Source: Nannocystis bainbridge (GTDB lineage: Bacteria; Myxococcota_A; Polyangia; Nannocystales; Nannocystaceae). From it: a DNA stretch of 64,000 bases. Location: positions 2,720,001 to 2,784,000 of the forward strand of contig NZ_JAQNDL010000001.1 of assembly GCF_028368995.1 (NCBI RefSeq). The letters are read 5' to 3'. Position 1 is the first letter of the stretch, and each line of letters begins with the position of its first letter. The notes below the pieces were generated by a model. The model was not told where the DNA came from. It saw only the letters and a list, made by a program, of their open reading frames with translations, and did no database searches. Positions 20,431 to 32,662 of the stretch are shown here, one piece after another. The position numbers and the translations under genes are program-made.

Positions 20431-21477
20431 TCAGAGCACGTTGAAGATGAGGGCGAAGACGGCCGCCTTGGCGCTGCCGGCGGTGCCCGTCAGCCCGGTG
20501 GCGGCGCCGTCGACCTCGACGGTGAACTTCTCGGCGATCGACGGGTTCAGCAGGATGAACACGCCGTTGCTGCTGGTGCCGTCGATGTTGAAGCCCATGC
20601 CGTCCTCGTCGAGGTAGCGGATCGGCGCGGTCGAGCCGTCGCTCTCCGGAATGACCCGCGCGCCGGCGACCGGGGCGCCGTCCTTGCGCACGAGGCCGAC
20701 CACGCCGCCGTTTTCGCCGAGCGGCAGGGCGTCGAGGACCGCCTGGTCGGCGTCGGCCTCGAGGTAACCTGACCATTCGGTCAGCTTGGCGGTGGGCACG
20801 GTCCAGATGTCGTGGATGCCGTTGAGCGGCGGGTACAGCGTGGTGCCCTCGTAGGGCTGGGCCAGGCCGGTGGCGGTGAGGTAGTAGTCGCCGCCGCCGA
20901 CGACGCCGATGACGCCGATGCCGGTGTTGACCGGGGTCTCGGAGGTGGCGTCGATGCGGCCGTCAGCGCCGGAGGTGACCTTGACGATGTCGACCGCGCT
21001 GTCGATGCCCTGAATGGCAGCCAGGGCGCCGACGACCCGCAGCTCGGCGCCGGCGATCGGCGCACCGGTGGCGAAGTCGGTCAGCGTGCCGATGAAGCGG
21101 GTGTTGCCGCACTCGGCCCGCGCGCCGCAGACGGCGTCGGTCTGGCTGTCGGTCCACTTGACGCACGACTCGGACTCGCAGTCGGCGTTGGCGGTGCACG
21201 GCGAACCCTCGGCGCCGGCGCCCGGCATCTGCATGCCATCCTCGCACGCGCCGCTGGTGGTGGTCGGCGTGGTCGTGCCCGCGGTGTCGTCGGTCGTCGC
21301 GGTCCCGTCCGTGGCGTCGGTCGTCGTCGTCGTCGGCGTCGTGCCGGCGGTCGACTCGGTGCTCTCGGAGGTGCCCGTCGACGCGTCGGTCGCGGTGGTG
21401 CCTTTGTCGTCGCCACAGCCGACCGTCGCAACGAGCGCGGTCAGCAAACTCAGAGTAACCAGGGAAGTGCGCTGCAT
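20431..21477 (-). CDS. Hypothetical lipoprotein (Thr linker, Cys module, carboxypeptidase-regulatory-like beta domains)
   Basis: Lipobox VATVGC; TGAPIAGA and GAPVAGARV beta-sandwich motifs. Confidence 0.75.
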   Translation of the reverse strand: MQRTSLVTLSLLTALVATVGCGDDKGTTATDASTGTSESTESTAGTTPTTTTTDATDGTATTDDTAGTTTPTTTSGACEDGMQMPGAGAEGSPCTANADCESESCVKWTDSQTDAVCGARAECGNTRFIGTLTDFATGAPIAGAELRVVGALAAIQGIDSAVDIVKVTSGADGRIDATSETPVNTGIGVIGVVGGGDYYLTATGLAQPYEGTTLYPPLNGIHDIWTVPTAKLTEWSGYLEADADQAVLDALPLGENGGVVGLVRKDGAPVAGARVIPESDGSTAPIRYLDEDGMGFNIDGTSSNGVFILLNPSIAEKFTVEVDGAATGLTGTAGSAKAAVFALIFNVL

Positions 21478-21616
21478 GGTCGTAGTCGGCGCCACGGTAC
21501 ACAGGCGAGACCCGCCGCGCAACCGACGCCGGCAGCACGATCGCTTCCGCAAACGCGAGCGGGCCCGCACGCTGCGCGCGCGGGCCCGGGACCTCACCGC
21601 GGACTTGAAGCCGCGA

Positions 21617-22369
21617 TCACTGCCGCGTCTCGACGTAACCCTTCGGCACCGCGTACTTGAAGTCCTTGGCCGCCAGGTTCTGGTTGCTGGCGACGTCGGT
21701 CAGCACGAAATGGTTGGTGCTGTTGTCCTGCGCCCGGACCACGAACGAGTCGACCCGGCCCGTGAGGTCGTCGACGATCAGCAGCAGCGACTTGTAGTGC
21801 GGGTTCTGCTCCTTGGGCTTGAGCTCGATGACCTTGTGCCCCGGCATGCCGTAGCTCTTGGTCGGCTGCTCGGGCGCCATCCGCACCTTGAACTCCTTGA
21901 TCAGCTTCTGCCCGCCGAACAGGAACTTCATCGCGCCGGCGAGGTTCGAGTTGCCCTCGACCTTCTGGCTGACGACCTGCCGCGTGTCGTGCTCGACCAC
22001 CCACAGCTTCTGGCCGTCGACATAAAAGTCGGGGTCGGCCTTGCCCTCGTAGTCCCACACCATCATGCCGGGCTTCTTGAGCCGGAGGTCGCCGTTGCTG
22101 ACCGTGCGCGTGCCGTAGACCGGGTGCACGTAGGTCTGCTTGAACTTGCAGACGAGGTCGGTGGTGCCGTCGTAGAACGACTGCACCGAAGCGAGCACAG
22201 CCGAAGCGGACGGTTTCACGTCGGGCGCCGCGACCGGCGCAGCGGCCGCTTGTGCGGAGGCCCCCTGGGTCACGCTCAGGGGCAGCAGCGGAGCATCCAT
22301 CGCGTCGGCGAGAGCAACATCGCTGCAGAAGAGGCCGAGAGAGAGCGCGCAGATCGTGAAGGCTTCCAT
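21617..22369 (-). CDS. lolA: Outer-membrane lipoprotein carrier LolA
   Basis: FKQ, KKPG.M.WDY, DGQKLW and C-terminal F.Y.VPKG; directly downstream of ftsK. Confidence 0.88.
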   Translation of the reverse strand: MEAFTICALSLGLFCSDVALADAMDAPLLPLSVTQGASAQAAAAPVAAPDVKPSASAVLASVQSFYDGTTDLVCKFKQTYVHPVYGTRTVSNGDLRLKKPGMMVWDYEGKADPDFYVDGQKLWVVEHDTRQVVSQKVEGNSNLAGAMKFLFGGQKLIKEFKVRMAPEQPTKSYGMPGHKVIELKPKEQNPHYKSLLLIVDDLTGRVDSFVVRAQDNSTNHFVLTDVASNQNLAAKDFKYAVPKGYVETRQ

Positions 22370-22532
22370 GTTTGTGCTCCTGGGGCGGTGCCCCGTGGCC
22401 GTGAAGACGGGCGGTGGCTGGGGGCGATTCACCGCCGCGCCGTCGCCGCGAGCGCCGCCGCGCAGGGCCGCGCCGCGAGATTCCTAGCACACTTCCAGGC
22501 GTGCAGGCCCGGGCAGCGGAGATCTCGCCGAC

Positions 22533-25478
<2,946 letters not shown>

Positions 25479-25590
25479 TTTCTCTGTGATCTCGCTGCGT
25501 TATGGCCCGAATGCCGGGCCCGGACCGCGAGGGTAAGCCCCGAACACGAGATGCGTCAAAAATTTGGCCGGCATGGGATAGCCTTCCGCC

Positions 25591-26409
25591 ATGCGCAAGC
25601 TCGCCGTCCTCACGCTCCTGTCCACGCTGGCCCTGACCGGCTGCAAACGCAAAGAACTCGAGGCAGCCCTCGCCGAGACGCAGGCCAAGCTGTCGAAGAC
25701 CGAGGGCGATCTGCGGAGCGAGCAGGGCAAGAACAAGCAGTTGAACGAGGAGAACACCTCGCTCAAGGACAAGATCGCCCAGCTCGAGAAGGACGTGGCG
25801 CGCCTCGGCAACGAGATCAAGGTGCTCGAGGAGCAGAACGCCGACCTCGCGCGCAAGGCCGGCGCGACCGCCGACGAGCTCAAGAAGCTGCGCGACGAGA
25901 AGGCCAAGCGCCTGGCCGAGCTGCAGGTCTACAAGGACCTGTTCGCCAAGCTCAAGTCGCTCATCGACGCCGGCACGATCCAGGTCGAGGTCCGCAAGGG
26001 CCGCTTCGTCGTCAAGCTGGCCAGCAGCATCCTGTTCGACTCCGGCAAGACCGACCTCAAGCCCGAGGGTCAGGCCGCGCTTTCGAACCTCGCCGGCGCG
26101 CTCAAGAGCCTCAACGATCGCGAGTGGCTGGTCGCCGGCCACACCGACAACGTCCCGATCAAGACCGCCAAGTTCAAGAACAACTGGGAGCTGTCGACCG
26201 CCCGCTCGGTCGAGGTCGTGCAGTTCCTCGTCACCCAGGGCATGCCGCAGGGCACCCTCGGCGCCGCTGGTTACGGCGACGTCGACCCGGTCGCCGACAA
26301 CACCAGCGAGGACGGCAAGGCCAAGAACCGCCGCATCGAGATCGTCCTGATGCCGCTGCTCGGCGAGATCCCCGGCCTCAAGGAGATGCTCACCGGCGGC
26401 CAGAGCTGA
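25591..26409 (+). CDS. OmpA/MotB family lipoprotein with coiled coil
   Basis: LTGC lipobox, coiled coil, GHTDNVPI, NWELSTAR, KNRRIEI. Confidence 0.92.
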   Translation: MRKLAVLTLLSTLALTGCKRKELEAALAETQAKLSKTEGDLRSEQGKNKQLNEENTSLKDKIAQLEKDVARLGNEIKVLEEQNADLARKAGATADELKKLRDEKAKRLAELQVYKDLFAKLKSLIDAGTIQVEVRKGRFVVKLASSILFDSGKTDLKPEGQAALSNLAGALKSLNDREWLVAGHTDNVPIKTAKFKNNWELSTARSVEVVQFLVTQGMPQGTLGAAGYGDVDPVADNTSEDGKAKNRRIEIVLMPLLGEIPGLKEMLTGGQS

Positions 26410-26431
26410 GCCCCGGTTCGCCCCGCCCACG

Positions 26432-26458
26432 CGGCCGCCTCCGGGCGGCCGTCTTCGT
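26432..26458 (+). terminator. Probable intrinsic terminator
   Basis: CGGCCGCC-TCCG-GGCGGCCG hairpin with a weak T tail, between convergent genes. Confidence 0.55.
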
Positions 26459-26508
26459 TGGGTCACCGGCGTGCGCTCGGCGTGCGCGACGGGCTCGCCG
26501 CGCTCGCC

Positions 26509-26994
26509 TCACGCCAGCACGCGCAGGTGCTTGCGCTCGATCAGGTCGAGCTGCACCCGCAGGTTGGCCTGGCCGGCCACGTGCCAGCGGTCGCCGGGCG
26601 TCGATGGTTGCACCTGCAAGAGCGGCGTCCCGGGCATCTCGGTCAGCTCGCCGTCGTCGTCGCGCACGTGGTAGAGCGCGGCGTAGGGCGCGTTGGCGAT
26701 CGAGCCATGGATGATGAGCTGGACGTCGAGCACCCCGCGGCGCGCGGCGACCCGCAGGACCTCGGTGCAGCGGCTGCGCGGCACCCGGTACAGCCGCGGC
26801 GCCGGCTCGAGCTCGCGGCGGTAGGCGATCGTCGGGCCCAGCACCGCGTTGCGGTTGAGCTGCAGCTCGACGCGGATCCCCTGCGACGGCGGCGCCTCCG
26901 GCGACAGCGGCCGCTCGAGCGACACCCAGCGCAGCCAGACCACGAACGCGTCGCGGTCGAGATCGAAGGCGAGGCGCGGGTAGACGACCTCCAC
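26509..26994 (-). CDS. Hypothetical protein
   Basis: Normal globular composition from GTG at 26994; no recognised family. Confidence 0.6.
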   Translation of the reverse strand: MEVVYPRLAFDLDRDAFVVWLRWVSLERPLSPEAPPSQGIRVELQLNRNAVLGPTIAYRRELEPAPRLYRVPRSRCTEVLRVAARRGVLDVQLIIHGSIANAPYAALYHVRDDDGELTEMPGTPLLQVQPSTPGDRWHVAGQANLRVQLDLIERKHLRVLA

Positions 26995-27125
26995 GGGGCG
27001 GGGAACATACCGCAGCTCGCCCGCCTGTGGGGGCGCGGCGGCGCGGCGGCCGGGGCTCCGTGAGGCCTCGCACCCGCCCGCGGCTGCCCGTGCGCGCGGC
27101 CCTTGTGGGATTTTGCCCGCGCCCC

Positions 27126-28706
27126 ATGCCTGCACCGATCGTCGTCCCCGATCGCCTCAACATGGTCGAGTGGTTCCTCGACGCCCGCGTCGCCGAGGGC
27201 CTCGGCGACAAGACCGCGATCTACTGCGGCGACGCGCAGGTGACCTACCGCGAGCTGGTGGCCGCGTCGTGTCGCGTCACCAACCTGCTGCGCTCGCTCG
27301 GCCTGCGCATCGAGGATCGCGTGCAGCTGCTGCTGCTCGACACCCCGGAGTTCGCGGCCGCGTACTTCGGCGTGTTGCGGGCCGGCTGCGTGGCGGTGCC
27401 GACCAACACCTGGCTGCTGCCGGCCGACTACGCCTACTACCTCGAGTACGCGCGGCCGCGGGTGGTGATCGTCGACGCCGAGATCTACCCGCAGCTCGAG
27501 CCCGTGTGGCGCGAAGCGCCCTACCCGCCGATCGTGATCGTCGTCGACCGTGCCGGCGAACCTGTCCCGAAGGACACCCTCGACTGGCACGCCGAGCTGG
27601 CCCGCCAGCCCGACACCGCGCGCACCGAGCCGACCTATCGCGACGACTTCTCGACCTGGCTCTCGTCGTCGGGCTCGACCGGCAAGCCCAAGTGCGTCGT
27701 CCACATGCACCACGATTTCGTGTGGAACACCGTCGCCTACGCCCAGCGGACCCTCGGCATCACCCGCGACGACATCACGATCTCCGCGCCCAAGCTGTTC
27801 TTCGGCTACGCGCTGGCCAGCAACATGCTGTTCCCGTTCAGCGTCGGCGGCAGCTGCGTGATGGTGCCCGAGCGCGTCGCGCCCGAGCGCTGGTACGGCC
27901 TGATCGAGCGGTACCGCGCGACCCAGTTCGTGACCGTGCCGACGACGATCGCCAAGATGCTCGACCACCTCGACGAGGCCGGGCGGCGCGACCTGTCGTC
28001 GCTGCACTCGCTGGTCAGCGCCGGCGAGGCGCTGCCGTCGCGGCTGTACCGGCTGTGGAAGCAGTCGACCGGGGTCGAGATCTTCGACGGCATCGGCTCG
28101 GCCGAGATGTTCCACGTCTACATCACCAACCGCCCCGGCGACGTCAAGGACGGCAGCCTCGGCAAGCTCGTCGACGGCTACACCTACCGCCTGATCGACG
28201 ACGACGGGCGCGACGTGCCGCCCGGCGAGATCGGCACCCTCGTGATCACCGGGCCCTCGGCCGGCCAGGGCTACTGGCGCATGCGCGACCAGAGCCGCGC
28301 GACCTTCTGGGGCGACTCGGTCAAGGGCGCCGACAAGTTCCACGTCGACAGCGACGGCTACTTCTGGTTCTGCGGCCGCGGCGACGACATGCTCAAGTGC
28401 TCGGGCGTGTACGTCTCGCCGGTCGAGGTCGAGAACTGCCTCCTCGGCCACCCGGCCGTGCACGAGGCCGGGGTGGTCGGCTACCGCGACGCCGACGGGC
28501 TCGAGCGCGCGGTCGCCTACGTCGAGCTGGCCGCCGGGCACGCCGCCGGCGAGGCGCTGGCCGCCGAGATCCTGGCCCACGCCCGTGCCAACATCGCCGC
28601 CTTCAAGGCCCCGCGCCGGGTCGAGTTCATCGCCACCCTGCCGCGCACCGAGACCGGCAAGATCAAGCGCGGCGAGCTGCGCAAGCTGGCCGCCGCGCTC
28701 ACCTGA
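27126..28706 (+). CDS. Benzoate-CoA ligase family protein
   Basis: SSGSTGKPK, SAPKLFFGYAL, SAGEALP, DGIGSAEMFH, GRGDDMLK, TGKIKR. Confidence 0.9.
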   Translation: MPAPIVVPDRLNMVEWFLDARVAEGLGDKTAIYCGDAQVTYRELVAASCRVTNLLRSLGLRIEDRVQLLLLDTPEFAAAYFGVLRAGCVAVPTNTWLLPADYAYYLEYARPRVVIVDAEIYPQLEPVWREAPYPPIVIVVDRAGEPVPKDTLDWHAELARQPDTARTEPTYRDDFSTWLSSSGSTGKPKCVVHMHHDFVWNTVAYAQRTLGITRDDITISAPKLFFGYALASNMLFPFSVGGSCVMVPERVAPERWYGLIERYRATQFVTVPTTIAKMLDHLDEAGRRDLSSLHSLVSAGEALPSRLYRLWKQSTGVEIFDGIGSAEMFHVYITNRPGDVKDGSLGKLVDGYTYRLIDDDGRDVPPGEIGTLVITGPSAGQGYWRMRDQSRATFWGDSVKGADKFHVDSDGYFWFCGRGDDMLKCSGVYVSPVEVENCLLGHPAVHEAGVVGYRDADGLERAVAYVELAAGHAAGEALAAEILAHARANIAAFKAPRRVEFIATLPRTETGKIKRGELRKLAAALT

Positions 28707-28759
28707 ACCTTTCGACATGTCCTGAAGGACCTGGCCTGAGTACCATGACCGAAAAGACA
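28704..28759. repeat. Four-unit 14-bp array spanning a stop codon, the intergenic gap and the next start codon
   Basis: Units start at 28704, 28718, 28732, 28746. Confidence 0.72.
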
Positions 28760-29521
28760 CCCGGCCTCTACGTCCGCTTCGCCGAGCTGAGCTACCCCGA
28801 GGTCGAGCGGCTGCTGGCGCTGCCGCAGCCGAAGATCGCCCTGCTGCCGGTCGGCAGCACCGAGGCCCACGGCCCGCACCTGCCGCTGGCGACCGACAGC
28901 CTGATCGGCGAGGCGGTGGTCGGCCTGGCCGCCGGCGAGCTGGCGGCCCGCGGGCACCTGGCGGCCGCGCTGCCGCCGATCCACTACGCGGTGACCGAGT
29001 GGGCCAAGGAGTTCGCCGGCTCGACGTCGATCGACGCCGAGGTCGCGATCGGCCTGGTCCTCGGGACCTGTCGGGCGATGCGGGCGATGGGCTTCGACCG
29101 CGTGGTGGTGTTCACCGCCCACCTCGAGCCCGACCACATCGGCTCGCTGCGGGAGGTCGCGCGCCGCTATCAGGCCGAGACCGGTGACGTGCTGCTGTTC
29201 GTCGACACCACCCGACGCGCGCTCGCGGCCCGGTTGACGCCGGAGTTCCAGAGCGGCTCGTGTCACGCCGGCCGCTACGAGACCAGCCTGGTCCTGGCGA
29301 TCCGCCCCGACCTGGTGCGCATGGACCTGGCGGCCGCGCTGCCCGAGCACCCGGTCGCGCTCGCCGAGCACATCCGCGCCGGCAAGCGCGGCTTCCTCGA
29401 GTGCGACATGCCGCGGGCCTACTGCGGCGCTCCGGCCGACGCGACCGCCGACGAGGGCCGCGAGATCTTGGCGACCCTCGCCACCCTCGTCGTCGAGGCA
29501 GTGGTCGGCTCGCTGGCGTGA
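28745..29521 (+). CDS. Creatininase family amidohydrolase
   Basis: LPVGSTEAHGPHLPLATD and HAGRYETS. Confidence 0.92.
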   Translation: MTEKTPGLYVRFAELSYPEVERLLALPQPKIALLPVGSTEAHGPHLPLATDSLIGEAVVGLAAGELAARGHLAAALPPIHYAVTEWAKEFAGSTSIDAEVAIGLVLGTCRAMRAMGFDRVVVFTAHLEPDHIGSLREVARRYQAETGDVLLFVDTTRRALAARLTPEFQSGSCHAGRYETSLVLAIRPDLVRMDLAAALPEHPVALAEHIRAGKRGFLECDMPRAYCGAPADATADEGREILATLATLVVEAVVGSLA

Positions 29522-29524
29522 ACC

Positions 29525-29833
29525 TCAGCGCTCGACGCTGCGGTAGCGGGCGAACCGCGGCTCGTGCAGCAGCAGCGGCGACAGCCGGGCCAGCAGCACC
29601 TTCACGTGCGGGCTGCGCATGTGAGCGTCGGCCGCGACCTCGCTGTCCCAGCGCTCGACGGTGACGAGCTGGCCCGGGTCGGCCGCCTGCTGCAGCACCT
29701 CGAAGCGCGAGCAGCCGCGCTCCGATCGGCTGCGCTCGGCCAGATCCTGGAGGAGGGAGATCGCGGTCACCAGAGCGGCGCGGTCGACGGTCAACTGCAC
29801 GACGACGAGGAGCGATGGATTGAACACGGGCAT
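29525..29833 (-). CDS. ABM/putative quinol monooxygenase
   Basis: SRSERGC..FEV, ERWDS...DAHMRSPH. Confidence 0.85.
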   Translation of the reverse strand: MPVFNPSLLVVVQLTVDRAALVTAISLLQDLAERSRSERGCSRFEVLQQAADPGQLVTVERWDSEVAADAHMRSPHVKVLLARLSPLLLHEPRFARYRSVER

Positions 29834-29840
29834 ACGACTC

Positions 29841-30224
29841 TCAGCGCAGCGCGGCGCGCATGCGGGTGATGGCGTCCGGGAGGACGACGCTGACCATGAT
29901 GCCGAGCTGGGCGCGGGTGCAGTCGAGCGCCATGCCCATGCGGTACTTGTCGGACAGATCGACGACGATGATCATGACCTCCCCGTCCTCGCCGAGCCGC
30001 AGCATGGTCTGGTGCATGGTCTCGGGCACCGGCAGGCCGGTCCGCTTGAGCGTGTCGCCGATGCGGTCGAACAGGATGTTGAACAGCGCGCACGCCCGCG
30101 GCGAGGTGCGCAGGCCGGCGACCGACCTGCCCGAGTTCTTGGCGAACACGTCGATCGCGGCCAGGCCGCCGAGCATCGTGTCCTCCATCTCGCTGAGGGT
30201 CGCGTGGATCTCCGGCAGGTTCAT
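29841..30224 (-). CDS. Small hypothetical protein, roadblock/LC7-like topology
   Basis: 127 aa, helix-strand pattern ending AQLGIMVSVVLP; GAGGAG Shine-Dalgarno-like sequence upstream. Confidence 0.65.
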   Translation of the reverse strand: MNLPEIHATLSEMEDTMLGGLAAIDVFAKNSGRSVAGLRTSPRACALFNILFDRIGDTLKRTGLPVPETMHQTMLRLGEDGEVMIIVVDLSDKYRMGMALDCTRAQLGIMVSVVLPDAITRMRAALR

Positions 30225-30238
30225 GGCGCTCCTCGGGG

Positions 30239-30538
30239 TCAGGCCACGCGTACGTGGCGGACGATCGCCGACGGCTGCTCGAGCAAGGGGCCGATCGCCA
30301 CGAAGGTCTGCTCGGTGTGGTCCGCGCCGAGGTGCGCGTCCGCGGCCTCGTCGCTGTCCCACGCCTCGATGACCACGAACTCGCGCGGGTCCGAGGTGCC
30401 CTGGTAGGCCTCGAAGCGGCGGTTGCCGGGCAGCTCCCGGCCGGCCTCGACCAGCGAGCGCATGGCGCCGGCGAACGTCTCCGGGGCCTGCGGCCGGGTC
30501 ATCATGGTCGTGACGACGTGGACCGTTCGTTCTTCCAT
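30239..30538 (-). CDS. ABM/putative quinol monooxygenase
   Basis: PGNRRFEAY, FVVIEAWDS...DAHLGADH. Confidence 0.85.
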   Translation of the reverse strand: MEERTVHVVTTMMTRPQAPETFAGAMRSLVEAGRELPGNRRFEAYQGTSDPREFVVIEAWDSDEAADAHLGADHTEQTFVAIGPLLEQPSAIVRHVRVA

Positions 30539-30830
30539 GCCCGCAAGTTGCGGGCCGCCCGCCGGGCTGTCGATTGCTGATTTCGTCGCTCGCCCCGGCG
30601 CCCGCGGGCCGGGCACTCGCGAATTTCCGCGACCGCCCGCCGTGGCCGCGTCGAAGAGCCAAGATGGGTTCTTGCGGCCGCTGCGAGCCGGGCGACGCAC
30701 GGGCGGCCTTTGTGTCTGTCCTCCGGGACAGGTGTTCTCCGGCGCCGTCGCTTGTCGATATCCTTCAGCGGGCGACCGGGCGCGCGCGGCCGCTCGCTCG
30801 CGCCGGCTGCCGCGGTGTATCCTGGCCGCG

Positions 30831-31655
30831 ATGACGCGCCCTGCCCTGTCCTGCCTCGTCCTGCTGCTGGCCGCCTGCGACGGCGGCGCCGCCAAGCCCG
30901 CGGGCCCGCCGGCCGAGCCGGCCGAGAAGGTCGCGGTCGCCCCGCCGACCAGGGCCGAGCCGGAGGCGCCGCCGACCCCGAAGTACCCGCAGGGCGAGGC
31001 CGACGAGGCGTGCACGAAGATCGTGGTGGTCGCCTGGCAGGGGGCCGAGGACGCCGAAGCGACGATCACCCGCGACAAGGCGGCCGCGCAGGCGCGCGCC
31101 GGGGAGCTGCAGAAGAAGCTGTCCTCCGGGACAGCCTTCGCCGAGCTGGCCGCCGAGTCCGACGAGCCGAAGACGAAGGCCAAGGGCGGGGCGATGGGCA
31201 CCTACGCCAGGGACAATTGGCCGGACAAGTACGCGCCGCTCAAGGACGTGGTGTTCGCGCTCGGCATCGGCGAGACCTCGGCCGCGGTCGAGCACCCGCA
31301 CGGCTTCGTGGTCGCCCAGCGCTGCAAGGTCGAGAAGGTGCACACGCGGCACATCCTGGTCCGCTACGCCGGGGCGCGGAACGCCGAGGCGAAGCTCAAG
31401 CGCACCAAGGAGCAGGCGCAGAAGCTGGCGACGGAGATCCACGTCGCTGCCAGCGAGCCCGGGGCCGACTTCGAGGCGCTGGCCAAGAAGCGCAGCGAGG
31501 ACGGCTCGGCCGAGCGCGGCGGCGACCTCGGCGCGGTCGGCCGCGGCATGTTCGCCCCGGCCTACGAGGCCGCCGCGTTCGCGCTGAAGCCCGGCGAGCT
31601 CAGCGCGGTGGTCGAGAGCGACTTCGGCTTCCACGTGATCCAGCGGATCGAGTGA
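30831..31655 (+). CDS. Parvulin (PpiC-type) peptidyl-prolyl isomerase lipoprotein, two rotamase domains
   Basis: LAAC lipobox, RHILV, SED..GGDLG, SDFGFHVI. Confidence 0.92.
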   Translation: MTRPALSCLVLLLAACDGGAAKPAGPPAEPAEKVAVAPPTRAEPEAPPTPKYPQGEADEACTKIVVVAWQGAEDAEATITRDKAAAQARAGELQKKLSSGTAFAELAAESDEPKTKAKGGAMGTYARDNWPDKYAPLKDVVFALGIGETSAAVEHPHGFVVAQRCKVEKVHTRHILVRYAGARNAEAKLKRTKEQAQKLATEIHVAASEPGADFEALAKKRSEDGSAERGGDLGAVGRGMFAPAYEAAAFALKPGELSAVVESDFGFHVIQRIE

Positions 31656-31673
31656 CGGGCTGGGGCGGCATGC

Positions 31674-31748
31674 TGTCCTGGACGACATGCCCTCGCGGGC
31701 ATGTCCTCTACAACATGCCCCCTCGGACATGTCACTCAGGACATGTGC
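31674..31748. repeat. Five-unit 14-bp palindrome array between convergent genes
   Basis: CATG at 31686, 31700, 31714, 31728, 31742; overlaps the last codons (TCPE*) of the cyclo-ligase. Confidence 0.88.
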
Positions 31749-32322
31749 AATCGAGCAGCCCGAGCTCGGTCGCCAGCGCGTGCACGCCGACGTCGTGCGG
31801 CTCCACGGGCAGCGTCTCGACCAGCTCGTCGGCGAAGCACAGGCCCACGCGGACCGGGCGCGAGGCGCTGCGCAGCGGGGCGGTCGCGCCGTCGTAGTGG
31901 CCCTTGCCGTAGCCGAGGCGGACGCCGGCGCGGGTGAAGGCGAGGCCGGGCATCAGCACCAGGTCGACGTCGGCGTCGGCCAGGGTGACGCCGGGACCGT
32001 CGCGCGGCTCGAGCAGGCCGAACGAGGCCGGCGCCAGAGCGGCGAGGTCGGTGACCGCCACGAACTCGAGGTTCTGCCGACGCGGCCCGGCCATGCGCGG
32101 CAGCCACAGCCGTTTTCCGGCCGCCAGCGCGGCGATCAGCAGCGGCCGGGTGTCGGGCTCGCCCTTCACGCCGACGAACGCGGCCACCGAGGTCGCCGCG
32201 CGCCAGCGGGCCTCGCCCAGCACGTGCGCGCACAGCTCGGCCGAGCGGGCCGCCACGTCCTCCGGCCCGCGTTCGCGCCGCCTCGCCGCGCTGTGCGCTC
32301 GAATGTCCGCCTTCGTAAGCAT
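31732..32322 (-). CDS. 5-formyltetrahydrofolate cyclo-ligase
   Basis: EPDT, FGLLEP, PGLAF..G.RLGYGKGHYD, EPHD. Confidence 0.93.
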   Translation of the reverse strand: MLTKADIRAHSAARRRERGPEDVAARSAELCAHVLGEARWRAATSVAAFVGVKGEPDTRPLLIAALAAGKRLWLPRMAGPRRQNLEFVAVTDLAALAPASFGLLEPRDGPGVTLADADVDLVLMPGLAFTRAGVRLGYGKGHYDGATAPLRSASRPVRVGLCFADELVETLPVEPHDVGVHALATELGLLDCTCPE

Positions 32323-32443
32323 TCACGCGCACTTACCGCGGGCGGACGCCGCTCGCAAGAAAGCAGGCCGCGTGGGGTCTCCGGCCGGGACCTGCAGCCG
32401 CCGCCCGGTCGTCGCCCGGGCCCGTGGCGGATGCGCGCCGGAC

Positions 32444-32472
32444 TTGCGGCCAGCCGCGCCCCCTGGTACACA
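32444..32472 (+). promoter_or_regulatory. Possible sigma70-type promoter for tRNA-Gly
   Basis: TTGCGG-N17-TACACA with TG extension, 10 nt before the tRNA. Confidence 0.3.
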
Positions 32473-32482
32473 GGGCGGCCTC

Positions 32483-32555
32483 GCGGGAGTAACTCAGTTG
32501 GTAGAGTGTCAGCTTCCCAAGCTGAATGTCGCGGGTTCGATTCCCGTCTCCCGCT
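32483..32555 (+). tRNA. tRNA-Gly (CCC), CCA not encoded
   Basis: Acceptor stem GCGGGAG/CTCCCGC, D-loop AGTTGGTAGA, anticodon arm TCAGC-TTCCCAA-GCTGA, T-loop GTTCGATTC. Confidence 0.97.
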
Positions 32556-32563
32556 CTCGATAG

Positions 32564-32593
32564 CAAGGCCCCACTCGGGGCCTTGTTTGCTTT
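32564..32593 (+). terminator. Intrinsic terminator of tRNA-Gly
   Basis: CAAGGCCCC-ACTC-GGGGCCTTG followed by TTTGCTTT. Confidence 0.8.
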
Positions 32594-32662
32594 CGGGGTC
32601 GGTTTGCTCGCGGGGCTCGCCTCCGTTGACGCTCGCGGCCCGCGTGTGAAACGCTGGCGGCG

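Noticed and set aside
32323-32482. 6S RNA upstream of the 5-formyl-THF cyclo-ligase
   Set aside because: Only about 160 bp is available, shared with the divergent tRNA promoter, and I could not see the long 6S hairpin.
32553-32558. tRNA lacking an encoded CCA
   Set aside because: Common in bacteria; CCA is added post-transcriptionally.
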